The position numbers and the translations under genes were made by a program. Under the pieces are notes generated by a model, which did not search any database, was not told the origin of the DNA, and saw only the letters and a list, made by a program, of their open reading frames with translations. Below, piece after piece: positions 14,600 to 29,653 of a stretch of 64,000 nucleotides of DNA; positions within the stretch are counted from its first letter, which is position 1, and each line of letters opens with the position of its first letter. The DNA comes from Octopus vulgaris (taxonomy: Eukaryota): the NCBI GenBank assembly GCA_951406725.2, contig OX597834.1, positions 14,446,001 through 14,510,000 of the forward strand, written 5' to 3'.

Positions 14600-14745
14600 C
14601 GTTATGTTTACGTCCCTGTAACTTAGCGGTTCTGCAAAAGTGACTGATAGAATAAGTACTAGACTTAAAAAGAGTACGTCCCGGGCATGATGTATTCGAC
14701 TAAAGGCGATGCTCCAGAACGGCCGCATTTCATTACTAAAATAAC
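14600..14745 (+). mobile_element. SINE A 3' half, diverged
   Basis: gtaacttagcggttc...gatagaataagtactag...aaggcgatgctccag. Confidence 0.75.
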
Positions 14746-15124
14746 ATAAGTATAATATTGTTACTACAAATGCTGGTGTTCCTTTTTGTCGCTTTACGTT
14801 TCAATATGCTGTGTATAAAATAAAAGTTATCTATTCCACTATCTTAACTTTGTTGGAAAACTTATACACAATGAGACAATGGTTTTAACTAATTTATTTC
14901 TGTCCTTATTTATTTTCTTACCTTAATGAGCACGACCGCCTACAGGCTTTTAAGTTTTAAAATAACTGAACGTTTCAATAAAAAAAAAAGACCTATTCAG
15001 AAAGAAACAACATCTGCTGAATGGAAAAGTGATTTATTTTTTAATTATTTACCTTTCCCTAATTAGAAATCCGCATCTTCGCCTACGTAGGAATATGTAT
15101 ATCTGTATACGTGTGTGTGAGTAT

Positions 15125-15546
15125 ACTCTTACTCTTTTATTTGTTTCAGTCATTTGAGTACGACCATGCTGGAGCACCGCCTTTCGTCGAGCAAATCGAC
15201 CCCGGGACTTATTCTTAGTAAGCCCAGTACTTATTCTATCGGTCTCTTTTGCCGAACCGCTAATTGACGGGGACCTAAACACACCAGCATCGGTTGTCAA
15301 GCAATGCTAGAGGGAGAAACACAGACACACAAACATATACACACACATACATATATATATAAATATATATATATATATACATATACGATAGGCTTCTTTC
15401 AGTTTCCGTCTACCAAATCCACTCACAAGGCTTTGGTCGGCCCGCCCGAAGCTATAGCAGAAGACATTTGCCCAAGATACCACGCAGTGGGACTGAACCC
15501 GGAACCATGTGGCTGGTTAGCAAGCTACTTACCACACAGCCACTCG
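15125..15546 (-). mobile_element. SINE family A
   Basis: High identity to 1373-1780. Confidence 0.9.
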
Positions 15547-16062
15547 TGCTGTGTTTGTGTTTGATTTTTAAACAGGAATAGTAGACAGACAAATCAAAAC
15601 TAATTGCAATGGAATAATGACAGAACGAACAGCGCTAAATGTGAATGCATGGGCATACATTTAAATATTTATACTTAATGTAACTATGGGATTAATGTAC
15701 TTGTGAGCACGTGAAATACGTTGAACATAATCAGAATATAAATCCGTAAATCTTGTCTAATTACAGCAACTCATTGGTACATCTCCAAAACAAATTACTT
15801 AAGATATTACTTGTTATTACTATGCCAAATATTGAAATAACTTTGCGTCGATACAGAATAGCATGCATCCAATTACAGCAGGTGACAGGAAACTCACAAA
15901 GGAGAATACATACACAGGCATGGAACTGTGTGCACATGCCCATAAACAGACACACATACATGTGTGTATGATTGGAGGCTTATCTGTATATAAGTGGATG
16001 TATAGGGATATATATATACATAAAGTGAGGGCTATATGTATACAAATATATATATATTTATA

Positions 16063-16124
<62 letters not shown>

Positions 16125-16319
16125 GATGTATCTATATATATTTGTCTGTTATATATATATGCATGTATATATATGTATGAATGTATCTATATATATTTGT
16201 GTGTGCATATGTATATATATATATATATATATATGTATATCTGTATCTATATCTATCTGTACACACACACGCACACACACACACATACACATACATACAT
16301 ACATACATACATACATACA

Positions 16320-16355
<36 letters not shown>

Positions 16356-16559
16356 TACATATATGTATATATATATATATATGTATGTATGTATGCATAT
16401 TCATATCTGGCTATATCACTATCGATATATATATATATATGTGGAGGGGGGAAGGTTGGATGGTCTGAATAATTAATTATACTCAACGTGCTTATGGAAT
16501 TTTTCCCTGATGTCAGCAAAGTTCGCTATGGAAGTATTATTACTAGACGTGATCACACA

Positions 16560-16970
16560 CGGGGCAGGACTGCTCAAGTTTCAATTTGAACAGTCAGTCA
16601 TCTTTCATTTCTGATTACGATGTGGTGAATGGTTTCATAAACAATGAACCAATGACAAGTTTTCTTATACTCGATGTCATCAATATTCACAATTCTCGTT
16701 TTGAAAAACATGTCAATTGATTCGCTAAATATTATCGACGTTAGAGGCTTGATTCAGAATTTCGATTCCTGCTTGATGATTGCTTCTTCTGCAAATATGT
16801 TACAATGTCTCAGTTTAATATCTTTAGAGTTCTTGACAGCAAACCAATTTCTGCAAACTGGCATCAAATTTTTCAGATCCTGATACACACTGTGCACATC
16901 ATAAAAAGAGCGTTGCACTGCCATAATTAATCTAACATACGAAATACCTAATTTCGCGTTCTCTTTTCAT
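16560..16970 (-). pseudogene. Highly decayed mariner transposase, N-terminal part
   Basis: Minus-strand peptides VHSVYQD...VCRNWFA (mariner HTH, compare xCxxWFxxF) and HHIVIRNER*L (compare RIVTGDEKW). Confidence 0.45.
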
Positions 16971-17109
16971 AGTGGCTAACGGGAATCCATATATTTTTAC
17001 AGCTAATAAGGGCTAAATTACAGCAACATTCGTCCTAAACCAGGCCTGCCATGTTATGTTGGCAAACAACCGTTACTAAAATCTAATCATTTAATATTTT
17101 CAATAGAAT

Positions 17110-17560
17110 GGAGAAACTACTCCCAAGAAATGGATGCTATATGGTCGGAGCCAAAAACAATCAGTGTTACCAAGTCTTCACTTGTAATACGTTCACAATA
17201 GAAAACCGATCCGTTTCCCGATTGAATTTTGAAATTTGACAAACCATGAACTTTATTCCAAGAGGTTCGGTGCATTACATTGACCATGTTGAAGCAGAAA
17301 TCCATTTCTCAATTCAAAACTGCATTCCAAGAAAAATTAGGATCACGGTATTTTAGTTGCCAATTGGAATCATTTGATATGATTTTCTGAAGTCTGTAAA
17401 AATATCACTACTGAGGAATATTGCCGGGAAACCATTAAACTTCCCCTACAGCAGCCAAGTTTGCCTCCAGAAATGGCCAATGGAAGTGGCTCGATTGTTC
17501 ACCTTGAAGACATATGACAACTTAAGTCAGGCATGACTCAACAGAAATTGAAATAACTGA
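17110..17560 (+). pseudogene. Mariner (DD34D) transposase relic, catalytic domain
   Basis: Collinear peptides KWMLY, SSLVIR, DPFPD*ILKFDKP*TLF (compare EPFLDRIVTCDEKWILY), DHVEAEIHF, LHSKK..ITVF, GII*YDFLKS, ITTEEYCRE, PEMANGSGSIVHLED (compare PALVNRKGPILLHDN), MTQQKLK*L. Confidence 0.8.
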
Positions 17561-18489
17561 TATAAATTGTAATTTCGTTTGGATTACTACATCGTCTCGG
17601 TTTTAGTTGGCACAATTCGTAAAGCTGGGCAATTACATTACAGAGTTCCTCACGTTACGTTCAACTATGCCACGTCAATAAATCATAACTTTTTGTTTTT
17701 TAAAGATAATATTTAAACAATGAATATCATTATTGTTGGAGAACAAGAATTATTACGATTTCAAAATTGACATCGTGCATTATTAAAAAATATGGCATAT
17801 TTCCAAAATAGTTTAATTATTATTAAAAATATAAAATTGTAATTATCTAACAGTAAAGAAGTATAATTACTTAAGAATCATAACTATTTCAAAGATAAGG
17901 ATTATTAATTAATTATTCAGAAAATTTATTATTCAAAAAATATCAATTAAGCTTATCTTAAATAGAAGCACTAGAATTTTTCAAAACGAAGATTCTTTAA
18001 AAATAAAAATAATAGTCAACAGGAATGAATTGGACCATATCAAATATCATTATTTCCTCCAACTCAACCCGCTTCTGTTAGCTCATGACCACCACCATGG
18101 AATTTTTAATTGTTCGGTGACCTGCAACTATTATTAATGATAAAAGTACTTCCATTTTCTAATAGATATATAATATTCACAAAATGTCTCTTTTCAAACA
18201 ATAAAAGCCTTAAAGAGACTTAAAATTCGTAAAGGATATTAAATCAAAGATATTTTAAATGCTGTTTCAAATTAATTTTATTATCATTAGATTAATATTT
18301 ATAAATATCTAGAAACTCATTATTTACAAGGGAAGCACTTTATGAATTAAAATTTCTAATAATAAATATACATATTTAAAAGTATTTTTCAAACTTGACC
18401 TCTTCAGCACATTTAGCGTCACAAAATCCATACAATATCTGTGTCTACGAATTGCATGATGTTCGTTTTTATCCTACCATTTATCTCTT

Positions 18490-18852
18490 ATTTCTTTCAG
18501 CTATTAAAGCGGGGGTATGCGGGTGCTTAGTCGACCAAAGCTACCTTTTTACATAATTTTTAAGCATAGTATTTATTCTATCAGTCACATTGCGAATTGT
18601 TAAGTTAATGGAACATAAGCAAACCGAAATCAGTTGTCGATCTTTGTTGAGGGACAAACACAAACACGAATACATACACATATATACAAACAGACGACTG
18701 GCTTCTTTAACTTTTCACCTACAAAATCTTCTCTCTACGCTTTAGTCATCCAGATGCTATAACAATAGATGACACCTCTTCAACATGCCATACAGTGGGA
18801 TTCAAACTGGAGGCACGAAGTCGAATCTCCTTACAACACAGATATGCCTGAG
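18490..18852 (-). mobile_element. Old diverged SINE A
   Basis: Collinear degenerate matches to SINE A (atttattctatcagtc, ggacaaacac, ggcttcttt, cagtgggattcaaac). Confidence 0.65.
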
Positions 18853-19407
18853 CTTATAATAAAACGAATCACCTGAAGATGCATTGCAATGATCTCCAAC
18901 CTGGAGACTTATGAATGCAAAGCAAACTTGCTAATCCTACATTCATCCTTACATCCTATTTCATTAACACCTACTTTATTGGTGGCTTCAATAAAGCAAT
19001 CACCAATAATTAAGCATTAGTTTTCTAATTAAAGACATATAAGTAAATTCTTCATACACGGATAACCTTTTCAAAAAAATTAATCTTAGTCCCCACCAGA
19101 TCCCTTAGTAATTTGTATAATTACGATGAAGCAATTTGCATATATACCGATGAAGATGTAAGGTGTTACTCAGTATCCCAACTGTTAGTCCCCCGCATCT
19201 AATAGCGGAAACAGCTGTAGGCCAATGAAATCCATCAGATAATCGCTCGTTATTTTTTTCATCACACTTTTTTCTTATTAAAATTCTGTACTTGTTTAAT
19301 GCTCTCTTCGGATTTTACGTATAATTAATTCTAAACAAGATTCTTAATATCGAAACTTCTGTGTGTGCGTGCGCGCGCGTGTGTGTGTGTATTTATATAT
19401 GTTTTGT

Positions 19408-19655
19408 CTACTTGTTTCGGTCATTAGATTGCGGCCATACCGGAGCACTGGCATGAGGAATTTTTAGTCAAGTGTATCGAACCCAGTACTTATTTTAAAG
19501 AAAAACTTGGTACTTAATCTTTTGTACTGTTGCCGAACCGCTAAGTTACAGGGGGGTAAACACACCAGCAACGGTTATCAAAGTGGTAACGGGGGATAGG
19601 CGCAGACAAAAGTACACACACAAGCATATATATATATATACATACACACACACAC

Positions 19656-19722
<67 letters not shown>

Positions 19723-19727
19723 TATAC

Positions 19728-19765
<38 letters not shown>

Positions 19766-19796
19766 GTGTATATATATATATGTATAGATATATATG

Positions 19797-19830
<34 letters not shown>

Positions 19831-19880
19831 TATATGTATATATATATGTATATATATAAATACATATATATATATATATC
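19408..19880 (-). mobile_element. SINE A 3' half running into a long (TA)n-rich tract
   Basis: 19408-19625 matches the SINE A tail; a ~250-bp TA-rich microsatellite follows at the position of the internal repeat. Confidence 0.75.
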
Positions 19881-19973
19881 GTGAAATATATTTGCCACTG
19901 AAATGTGTCTAACACATAAGGGTGGATGCTTACACTTGTTTACGCTTTTTCGAGATCAGTGACTCGAAAAAAG

Positions 19974-20018
<45 letters not shown>

Positions 20019-20368
20019 TTTTCCTGGAAAAAAGATATATATATATTTGCATTGGTAACCACTTCATATCGAAAACCGGGGATTGTCACACGCTGATGAA
20101 GAATCAATACCCAGAAGATCGGGTCCATGTGTATCACGTCAGGTTAGAGATAGGAAGGATGGCTTCCCTTTGCAAATACTGATAGAGCACAGAAAGCGTG
20201 TCAATAGCCAGCTGGAGAAGATATCCACCTGGGGCTACAAGCTACAGTAGCATCTACCCTTAAGGGTTAGTCACATTTAGTAGCAAATATACTTCACGAT
20301 GTCGTGCAGCTCTCTGTTTATACCTCGTTCAGTGATTTATTTTATACATATATATATATATACATATG

Positions 20369-20437
<69 letters not shown>

Positions 20438-20876
20438 ACAAACACATAAACATAGAGGTATTCATACGCGCATTCACAGAAGCAAACACGCGCACATGTT
20501 CACAGTATAATGCAATAACAACTACATTAGGCCGAAAATTATTAGAAAAGAATATCATATTTGTTCAGGCTGTTTTGTTTCTGAAGAAATTTTAAAATGG
20601 TAACGAAATCGAAATTTATAGTCGAAGCTGATAACATAATCCCATAATTTTATTAAAGAACTATAAATTTTACACCAGAAACTGAATGGCTATTAGTCAT
20701 AAAAAACAAAATTCCTACGGGATCCGCTACTTTATTTTATTCTAGCCAATGATCGTACGGTCATACTTGCATTCTTAATTTGAAATATTTCCTTATATAG
20801 AATTATTGATACATTTTTCTTCACATTCATATATATAATATGGCGGTGTTTCGTACCATAATTAGTTAATTTAGAA

Positions 20877-21227
20877 GGCGGCGACCTGGCAGAAATGTTA
20901 GCACGCAGAGCGAAATGCTTAGCGGCATTTTGTCTACCGCTACATTCTGAGTTCAAATTCTGCCGAGGTTAACTTTGGCTCTCATCCTTTCGGGGTCGAT
21001 TAAATAAGTACCAGTTACGCACTGAGGTCGATATAATGGACTTAATTCGTTTGTATGTCCTTGTTTGTCCCTTCTGTCTTTAGCCCCTTCTGGGTAGTAA
21101 AGGAATAGGTATTTCGTCTCCAGTTCAAATTCAACCTGGTTCGACTTCAAATCTTTGGGGTCTATTAAATAAGTAACAAGTTATTGTCCCGTCTGTGTTT
21201 AGCCCCTTGTGGACAATAAAGAAATAA
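20877..21227 (+). mobile_element. SINE B plus an abutting internally deleted second copy
   Basis: Full copy at 20877-21106; partial copy at 21108-21227 ending with the same tail. Confidence 0.85.
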
Positions 21228-21237
21228 CAAAATTATG

Positions 21238-21345
21238 GGTACGCGTATTTGAGGAGTGCTCAACCACTTGCACGTTAGTTTCACGAGCAGGTTGTTCTGT
21301 TGAATGGATCGAGTGGTGTACTCATCGTAGAAACCGACGGAGTTC
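21238..21345 (+). mobile_element. Isolated SINE tail type 1 fragment
   Basis: gggtacgcgt...gagtgctcaaccacttgcacgttagtttcacgagcagg...accgacggagt matches 3637-3745. Confidence 0.8.
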
Positions 21346-22227
21346 CAAATATGCTTTGTGATCGGAATATCAAGAAAAGATTCCTCAAGGGATGTGCTAT
21401 CTTTAACATATTTGATTTTCATTGCTACTACATAAAGTCGTTTATCCAGTAATATCATGTAATTTTTTAAAAATGATTTCTATTCACTGTTATTTGCTGA
21501 CGAAGTTAATTAAGTATATGTGCATATGTGCCATTGATTTATGTAGGTTTTTGTGTATGTGCATTTAGATACACATTTATACACTTCTCTGTTGTATTTT
21601 TATTTTTAAACACTGTGCATAGAAACCTCATTCTTCTTTCGGATGGCGCATTTAGAATCATCAAATTTAACAATACGTTTGAAAAATTTAAGAGAAAACT
21701 TCGTTGTTCTTACGATCACTGCTTGTTGTTTTTGGACATGTTGCTGTTATCATGATATCTGTTTTTCAGAAATTGTCATTGGTATTGCTTTTGCGTTTGC
21801 AACTGCTAATTTTTTTTTCTTTCGTTGTTTGGTCTTATCCGTTTAGAGGTCATTAATGAATGCATCTTATAGCCCGAAAGGGAAAAGAAACGAACAAAGA
21901 CAACAAATACACAAGATGAAGACACAACAATATCACAAAAATCTCACGATAAGATTATTTCCATATATTAAGATTGCCCGAAAGAAAATTCTTAATGCAT
22001 TCTAAACGAAATTACAAGCCAAAAACTAAAATCAATACATATATTATTACAAAAAATACAAGATAAAAATAATTTTCAAGAAAGAAAATAAGAATTAACA
22101 AAAATGCCGACAAACCAAAAAAGAACAAACAAGAAAACGAAAAAGACAATGTGAAATGTCATAAAAAAAAAGACGGTAAATATAAATAGTGAAAGCATTA
22201 GAAAAAATACTTAAAAACAATAAAACC

Positions 22228-23480
<1,253 letters not shown>

Positions 23481-23885
23481 TAATGATGCTGATAATGGCG
23501 AATGCTTTATAAATAGAGAAAATAACAAAATAAACGGAGAACATATGAGATAAACAGAGATAAAGAAAGAATTAGATTTTTGCCTGAAACATCTGATAGA
23601 CTCTCTGAGGAATCTTTATCAAAATCAGTCGACATCTTGACAGGTCTTGAAATCGCAAAGGTATTTGATAATGACGTTTCTTATTAATTCTTTGAATGTT
23701 TGTCAAGGGAAAAAATACAAAAGACGAGATTTGTAGAAGGTATACAAAAATGTGAATTTTTCCTTGGAAATTTCATTCAGTAAGGGAGAGAAAAGGCGAA
23801 AATACAATACAGCATACACACACACACGCACGCACACACACACACACATACACACGCACACACACACAGACACACACACACTTAC

Positions 23886-23940
<55 letters not shown>

Positions 23941-23984
23941 TATATGTATAATTATCCATATTTATACATACATATCCTTCAAGG

Positions 23985-24064
<80 letters not shown>

Positions 24065-24158
24065 CATATATGTATAATTATCCATATTTATACATACATA
24101 TCCTTCAGTGCCCATATGGATATATATATATATATATGAATGTATGTATATTTATATA

Positions 24159-24203
<45 letters not shown>

Positions 24204-24831
24204 ATGTATATATATAAATGTATGATGTAATCATTTTGCTTTTCCATCCGAATGTATATACATACATACATGAATATATCTGTTTTATTGTACGTTCTGA
24301 AAGTATGTGCGCGTGCATGTTTCTGTGTGTATAAATGTCCATTCACACTCATTATACACAGAAAAATATGATACGCATTATTTACATAATACGCTGTCCA
24401 TTGTATGTAAAATAACTTAGTCGATATCATACAGATGCACTACATTTAAAATAGACGCGGCCGATATCTTTGATAGGAAGTTTACAGTTATATTTTATGT
24501 ATATTAAGAGCCATACAGCCACATAATACCTAAATTACACAATGTCGTGGTTTAAATAAGGTAATACTTTATGTTAAATGATAGCTCTTCTACAATTTAT
24601 CTGTCCGTACAGGCGTTTATCCAAGGTCTAGTGATGAATATATTTAAATGTATTTCTGGCGACGACGAATCCTGCAGCTGTTCACCAGATATTTTTGAAA
24701 TATCCTTCACATGATATTACATTGAATATAGATGTTGGATTGGTTTGTGGATAAACAATATTACCGTTTTTGCGGAGATGTACTTGCATAGCCTGTGACT
24801 TGATCTGAGATCGTGTGCTGGAACGAAAACA

Positions 24832-25067
24832 ATTGCAGCGTGGAAGGTGTTTATTAGCCATTGAAGAAAACACAAAAACCGTAAGATTCACTTCAACATT
24901 TAAATTTAATTTGTGAAAATTTGATGCAGTACGAAGTTTTGTCAGTGAACAGGTCGCAGTCTCAAAGCGACGAAAATATTTGGACAAATTAAATTTAAAT
25001 GTTGAAGTGAATCTAACTGTTTTTGTGTGTTTCTCAAATGGCTTATAAACACCTTCCACGCTGCAAT
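24832..25067. mobile_element. Fold-back element with ~83-bp inverted arms and a hammerhead-like centre (Penelope-like pLTR remnant)
   Basis: 24832-24914 is the near-perfect reverse complement of 24984-25067. Confidence 0.8.
24938..24988 (+). ncRNA. Minimal type-I hammerhead ribozyme-like fold, G3-C8 core variant
   Basis: Stem I tttgtc/gacaaa, core GTGAACA 24945-24951, stem II gtcgc/gcgac, GAAA 24972-24975, palindromic stem III aatatt. Confidence 0.55.
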
Positions 25068-25414
25068 AGTACCAATATTTAACAACAAACAAAGTTTAGT
25101 CAAGTTTCGAAGCATTTTCAATATAAAATCATTTGATCAGAATTTAACCAGTAACATCAAAAGGCATTTTCTTATCGCATCTGATAATTATTTTTGGAAA
25201 GTGAAGCTAAATATATGTTGAGGCATTGTAGAGTCCTAGAGTAAACAGAGTGAAACTGGTAAAAGTATATGTATGAGCGACAGAGGCAGTATTAATACAG
25301 TGAGGTAATATTTAGCACCACTTAAATGTGGATGTTCTGTTAGAACTTTCACGTTTAAGTAGGTAATAAGAAAATAATAATAGCAAAAATGTATATATTA
25401 TATATTTATTTTAT

Positions 25415-25704
25415 ATTTTATCTAGTTTCAGCTCACGAGCTGCGGCCATGCTGGGGCACCGCCATTTGGTGTTGCTACATGATTTTACTTCACGAATGCT
25501 TTTTAGCAACTGCCATTTGGTGCATGAGAGAGTTCGATGCAGCTGCCCTCATCTGCGCCTCCTGCTATGAAGTTGGTTCATCCGGGACACCTGACAGGAA
25601 GAGATCCAGTCCTACTTTAAAGACATCCGCATCCACCCCATGCAGATCCCTCAGGTTCTCCGGGAGGATATTGAAGAGCTGTGGGCCTCTGAAGCCCAGG
25701 CTAT
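25415..25704 (-). mobile_element. 5'-truncated CR1/L2-group LINE end whose 3' tail is shared with SINE A
   Basis: 25702-25490 translates SLGFRGPQLFNILPENLRDLHGVDADVFKVGLDLFLSGVPDEPTS*QEAQMRAAASNSLMHQMAVAKKHS* (FNxLP...FK..LD motif, one premature stop); tail ggcggtgccccagcatggccgcagctcgtgagctgaaac. Confidence 0.85.
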
Positions 25705-25725
25705 CATATTATCTAACTTTTCGTG

Positions 25726-25868
25726 TCATCCCGACTCATAAGTGCTGGTTTCTTGGTGTTTATTTTCCCCAACTGGACAGTACATCGGATCGTCACAGGA
25801 TTACTCATTTTCGCCAGGTGTGTGCATCGGGGCAACGGGAAATGAAGTGCTTTGCTCAAGAGAATAAC
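25726..25868 (-). mobile_element. Old SINE D core joined to a type-2-like tail
   Basis: Minus strand cttgagcaaagcacttcatttcccgttgc...ctggcgaaaatgagt (compare 58522-58580), then ...tccagttggggaaa...gaaaccagcacttatgagtc. Confidence 0.6.
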
Positions 25869-25919
25869 TTTCCCTCCACTTTTCACTTCACTGCGTCCCT
25901 GTCATTTTTCTCGCCCTTT

Positions 25920-26391
25920 TTAATTGTCCCTCTGCTTCTGCTTCTCTCACTTCTCTTTCCACTCCTTAATTCTACTGTCCCCCTGCTTCTACTTCTCTCA
26001 CTTCTCTTTCCCCTCCTTAATTCTACTTTCTCCCTGCTTCTACTTCTCTCACTTCTCTATCCCCTCCTTAATTCTACTGTCCGCCTGCTTCTACTTCTCT
26101 CAATTCTCTTTCCCCTCCTTAATTCCTCCTTCTACTTCTCTTTCCCCTCCTTAATTCTACTGTCCCCCTGCTTCTACTTCTCTCACTTCTCTTTCCCCTC
26201 CTTAATTCTACTGTCCCCCTGCTTCTACTTCTCTCACTTGTCTTTCCCCTCCTTAATTCTACTGTCCCCCTGCTTCTACTTCTCTCACTTCTCTTTCCCC
26301 TCCTTAATTCTACTGTCCCCCTGCTTCTACTTCTCTCACTTCTCTTTCCCCTCCTTAATTCTACTGTCCCCCTGCTTCTACTTCTCTCTCT
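25920..26391. repeat. 51-bp pyrimidine-rich minisatellite, ~9 units
   Basis: Unit ttaattctactgtccccctgcttctacttctctcacttctctttcccctcc starts at 25966, 26017, 26068, 26151, 26202, 26253, 26304, 26355; a 32-bp deleted unit at 26119. Confidence 0.95.
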
Positions 26392-26891
26392 TCCCACGTG
26401 ACCGATCGGCCAAGCCTTCTCTTTCGTTTTGGGTCCGACCATTTTCCGTGCAACATCGATATTCTTCCCTGCGTCTGTGAAACCTTTCTATCTCTACCGT
26501 AAGGCATCGGTTCCGTACGCGCCAGATTAATAAAATTCGTCCATAGTCGAAAGACATCTGTTATTACTTATATCATATATTTTTTATTGTATTTATATTT
26601 GTGTAACATTGTCCGTTTCTTCCGTCCTTATTTTTGTACACATTCGCTGTTTTCTTCCAAGGAATCTAATGCTCTTAGCTTAGTTTTTTCTTGGGGCTGC
26701 CCAGATTGGAGTAATCTCAAGAATAATCGGCCGAAATTGCAAGGATAATCTGGTACTTGAATGAGGAATGAAAACTTGGAATGACCCGTCCTTGTTTTCT
26801 TTGTATCGTCTATCTGGATGTTTCTTTGTCCGTTTTTGTATCACGTAGCTGTGCGGATGTATTGCGTTCTTGTCCCATTTTACATATTATA

Positions 26892-27423
<532 letters not shown>

Positions 27424-28060
27424 ACTGAGGGAGAGAGAGAGAGAGAAAGTGAGAGAAAGTGAGAGAGGAGAGAGTGGAAGAGATGGTTTATGAATTGGAT
27501 ATCTGCTGGTAGCGAGGTAGCTTTCTGAAATTCTAAGTTTGAATTTCACAAACTATAGTGCAGCTGCAATGGAACGCGAATTCGACTTACAACATTTGCT
27601 TATGTCAAGCAAATCATCGGCTGCATCATTTCAGTTACATGCACAGAAGCACAACGGTCAGCAGTAGCATGCATCTTGTACGCAATCATCCACTGTCATA
27701 ATCAATATAAAATATAAATAATAATAGTCATACACAAACATGTGTAAATACACAAACTCATGTACTTCCAAATTAAGAAACATCCGTATTGTATGTATGT
27801 GTGTGTGTATGTGTGCATAACATGGTGCATATGTCTGCTATAGACTTATGAAATTTTGTAAGAAAAATCATTTTCCTACTTTACGTACATTGAAGTCGAC
27901 ATGTCGTTCATCTTTACATATATCGATTGATGAATCAATAAACCGATAGATGATTGATTGATGGAGATTCATGTATGTATATGCCTATCTATCTATCTAT
28001 CTGTCAGTCTGTCTAAATATATATATATATATACACATATATATGTACATATATATATAC

Positions 28061-28134
<74 letters not shown>

Positions 28135-28163
28135 TTGTATACATATATATATATATATATATG

Positions 28164-28226
<63 letters not shown>

Positions 28227-28713
28227 GGACAGATACATAGATAGACTGATCGATAGACAGACAGATAGACAGGAAGATAGATAGATAGATAGATACATAC
28301 ATAGATAGATAGACAGACAGACATACAGACATATAGACAGACAGACAGACAGGTAGGCAGGCAGACAGACAGACAGATAGATGCAGAGTAAATATTTCAA
28401 CTAAACGTTGAGTGAAATATTGAAAATCGAGAATATTGACAAGCATCCAAGCAAATAAATAACTTGCATTTGTCTAACTTAAATCCAAACATTGTGATCA
28501 AAAGCAAATTCTTTTTTGATGGTCACTGTTTGTTTGTAAAAACTATCTCTCATGTCAGAAATCTTCTTTCAGATTGCAAGTAAATATTTGCGAACTCTCA
28601 TTACGCTTCCACTTTATAAATGCGGCGACTTCCATGTATATTTATGCATGTGTATGTATATGTGTATATATGTGTTTATATATTTATATATATATATATC
28701 TGTTTGTGTGCGT

Positions 28714-28745
<32 letters not shown>

Positions 28746-29321
28746 TGCTAGCCTTTGTGATATTAGCAACAGGAGGGCGCAACTCAAGTGTGACTGACGG
28801 AAATGAAACGTACGATTGATTATATCCTCTTTAGCGTTACTTTTAACAGATTATCCGTGTCTAGTATCTTATCATTTGCTTAAGCATTTCTCAAATGATA
28901 GAGAGTAAATTGAAGCATACTTTGTGTGTTCTTTCTAATAGTAAAGGATCGTTTAAATCAATGCGTCCCAACGTTGTGTACACATTTGTAAATCTCGGAC
29001 GTGGAAAATAGTTTATGATATATTTCATATATTATTACCCGCTGATGAAAGCTTTGCAATGTAATGCAAACGTAAACGTAGTACGATTGGAATAGCTCAG
29101 GTGTGAGTAGATATATATCTCCCTATCTATCTGTCTATCTATCTATCTATCTATATCTATGTAATATATATAGAGAGAGAGCGTGAGAGAGGGGGAGAGA
29201 GAGGAAGAGTAAGACAGACAGACAAGCAGATATTTAATTAGATTGTTAGATATATTAATAGATTGAGAGATAGATACATAGATACATAGATACATATATA
29301 TATATATATATGTGTGTATAT

Positions 29322-29551
29322 ATTTTTTTACTACCCACAAGGGGCTAAACACACAGGAGACAAACAAGGACAGACAAACGGATTAAGTCGATTACATCGA
29401 CCCCAGTGCGTAGCTGGTACTTAGTTTATCGACCCCGGAAGGATGAAAGACAAAGTCGACCTCGGCGGAATTTGAACTCGGATCGTAACGGCAGACGAAA
29501 TACGGCAACGCATCTCGTCCGGCGTGCTAACGTTTCTGCCAGCTCGCCGCC
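29322..29551 (-). mobile_element. SINE family B, full length
   Basis: Reverse complement of the 1947 and 20877 copies. Confidence 0.9.
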
Positions 29552-29583
29552 TTTGTATATATATATATATATGTATATATGTA

Positions 29584-29653
<70 letters not shown>

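Noticed and set aside
20088-20205. ctgatga ... gaaagcgtgtc as a hammerhead
   Set aside because: No coherent stem II or stem III between the motifs
25920-26391. Regularly spaced repeats as a possible CRISPR array
   Set aside because: Head-to-tail tandem units with no unique spacers, no cas genes, and a eukaryotic context
25389-26480. Longest ORF (363 aa) with 17-aa repeats
   Set aside because: It is read antisense through a LINE end and a SINE, then through the 51-bp minisatellite; not a credible protein
29038-29085. ctgatga followed by a tttgca/tgcaaa hairpin as a hammerhead
   Set aside because: GAAA is absent (gtaaa) and there is no stem I; at most a relic
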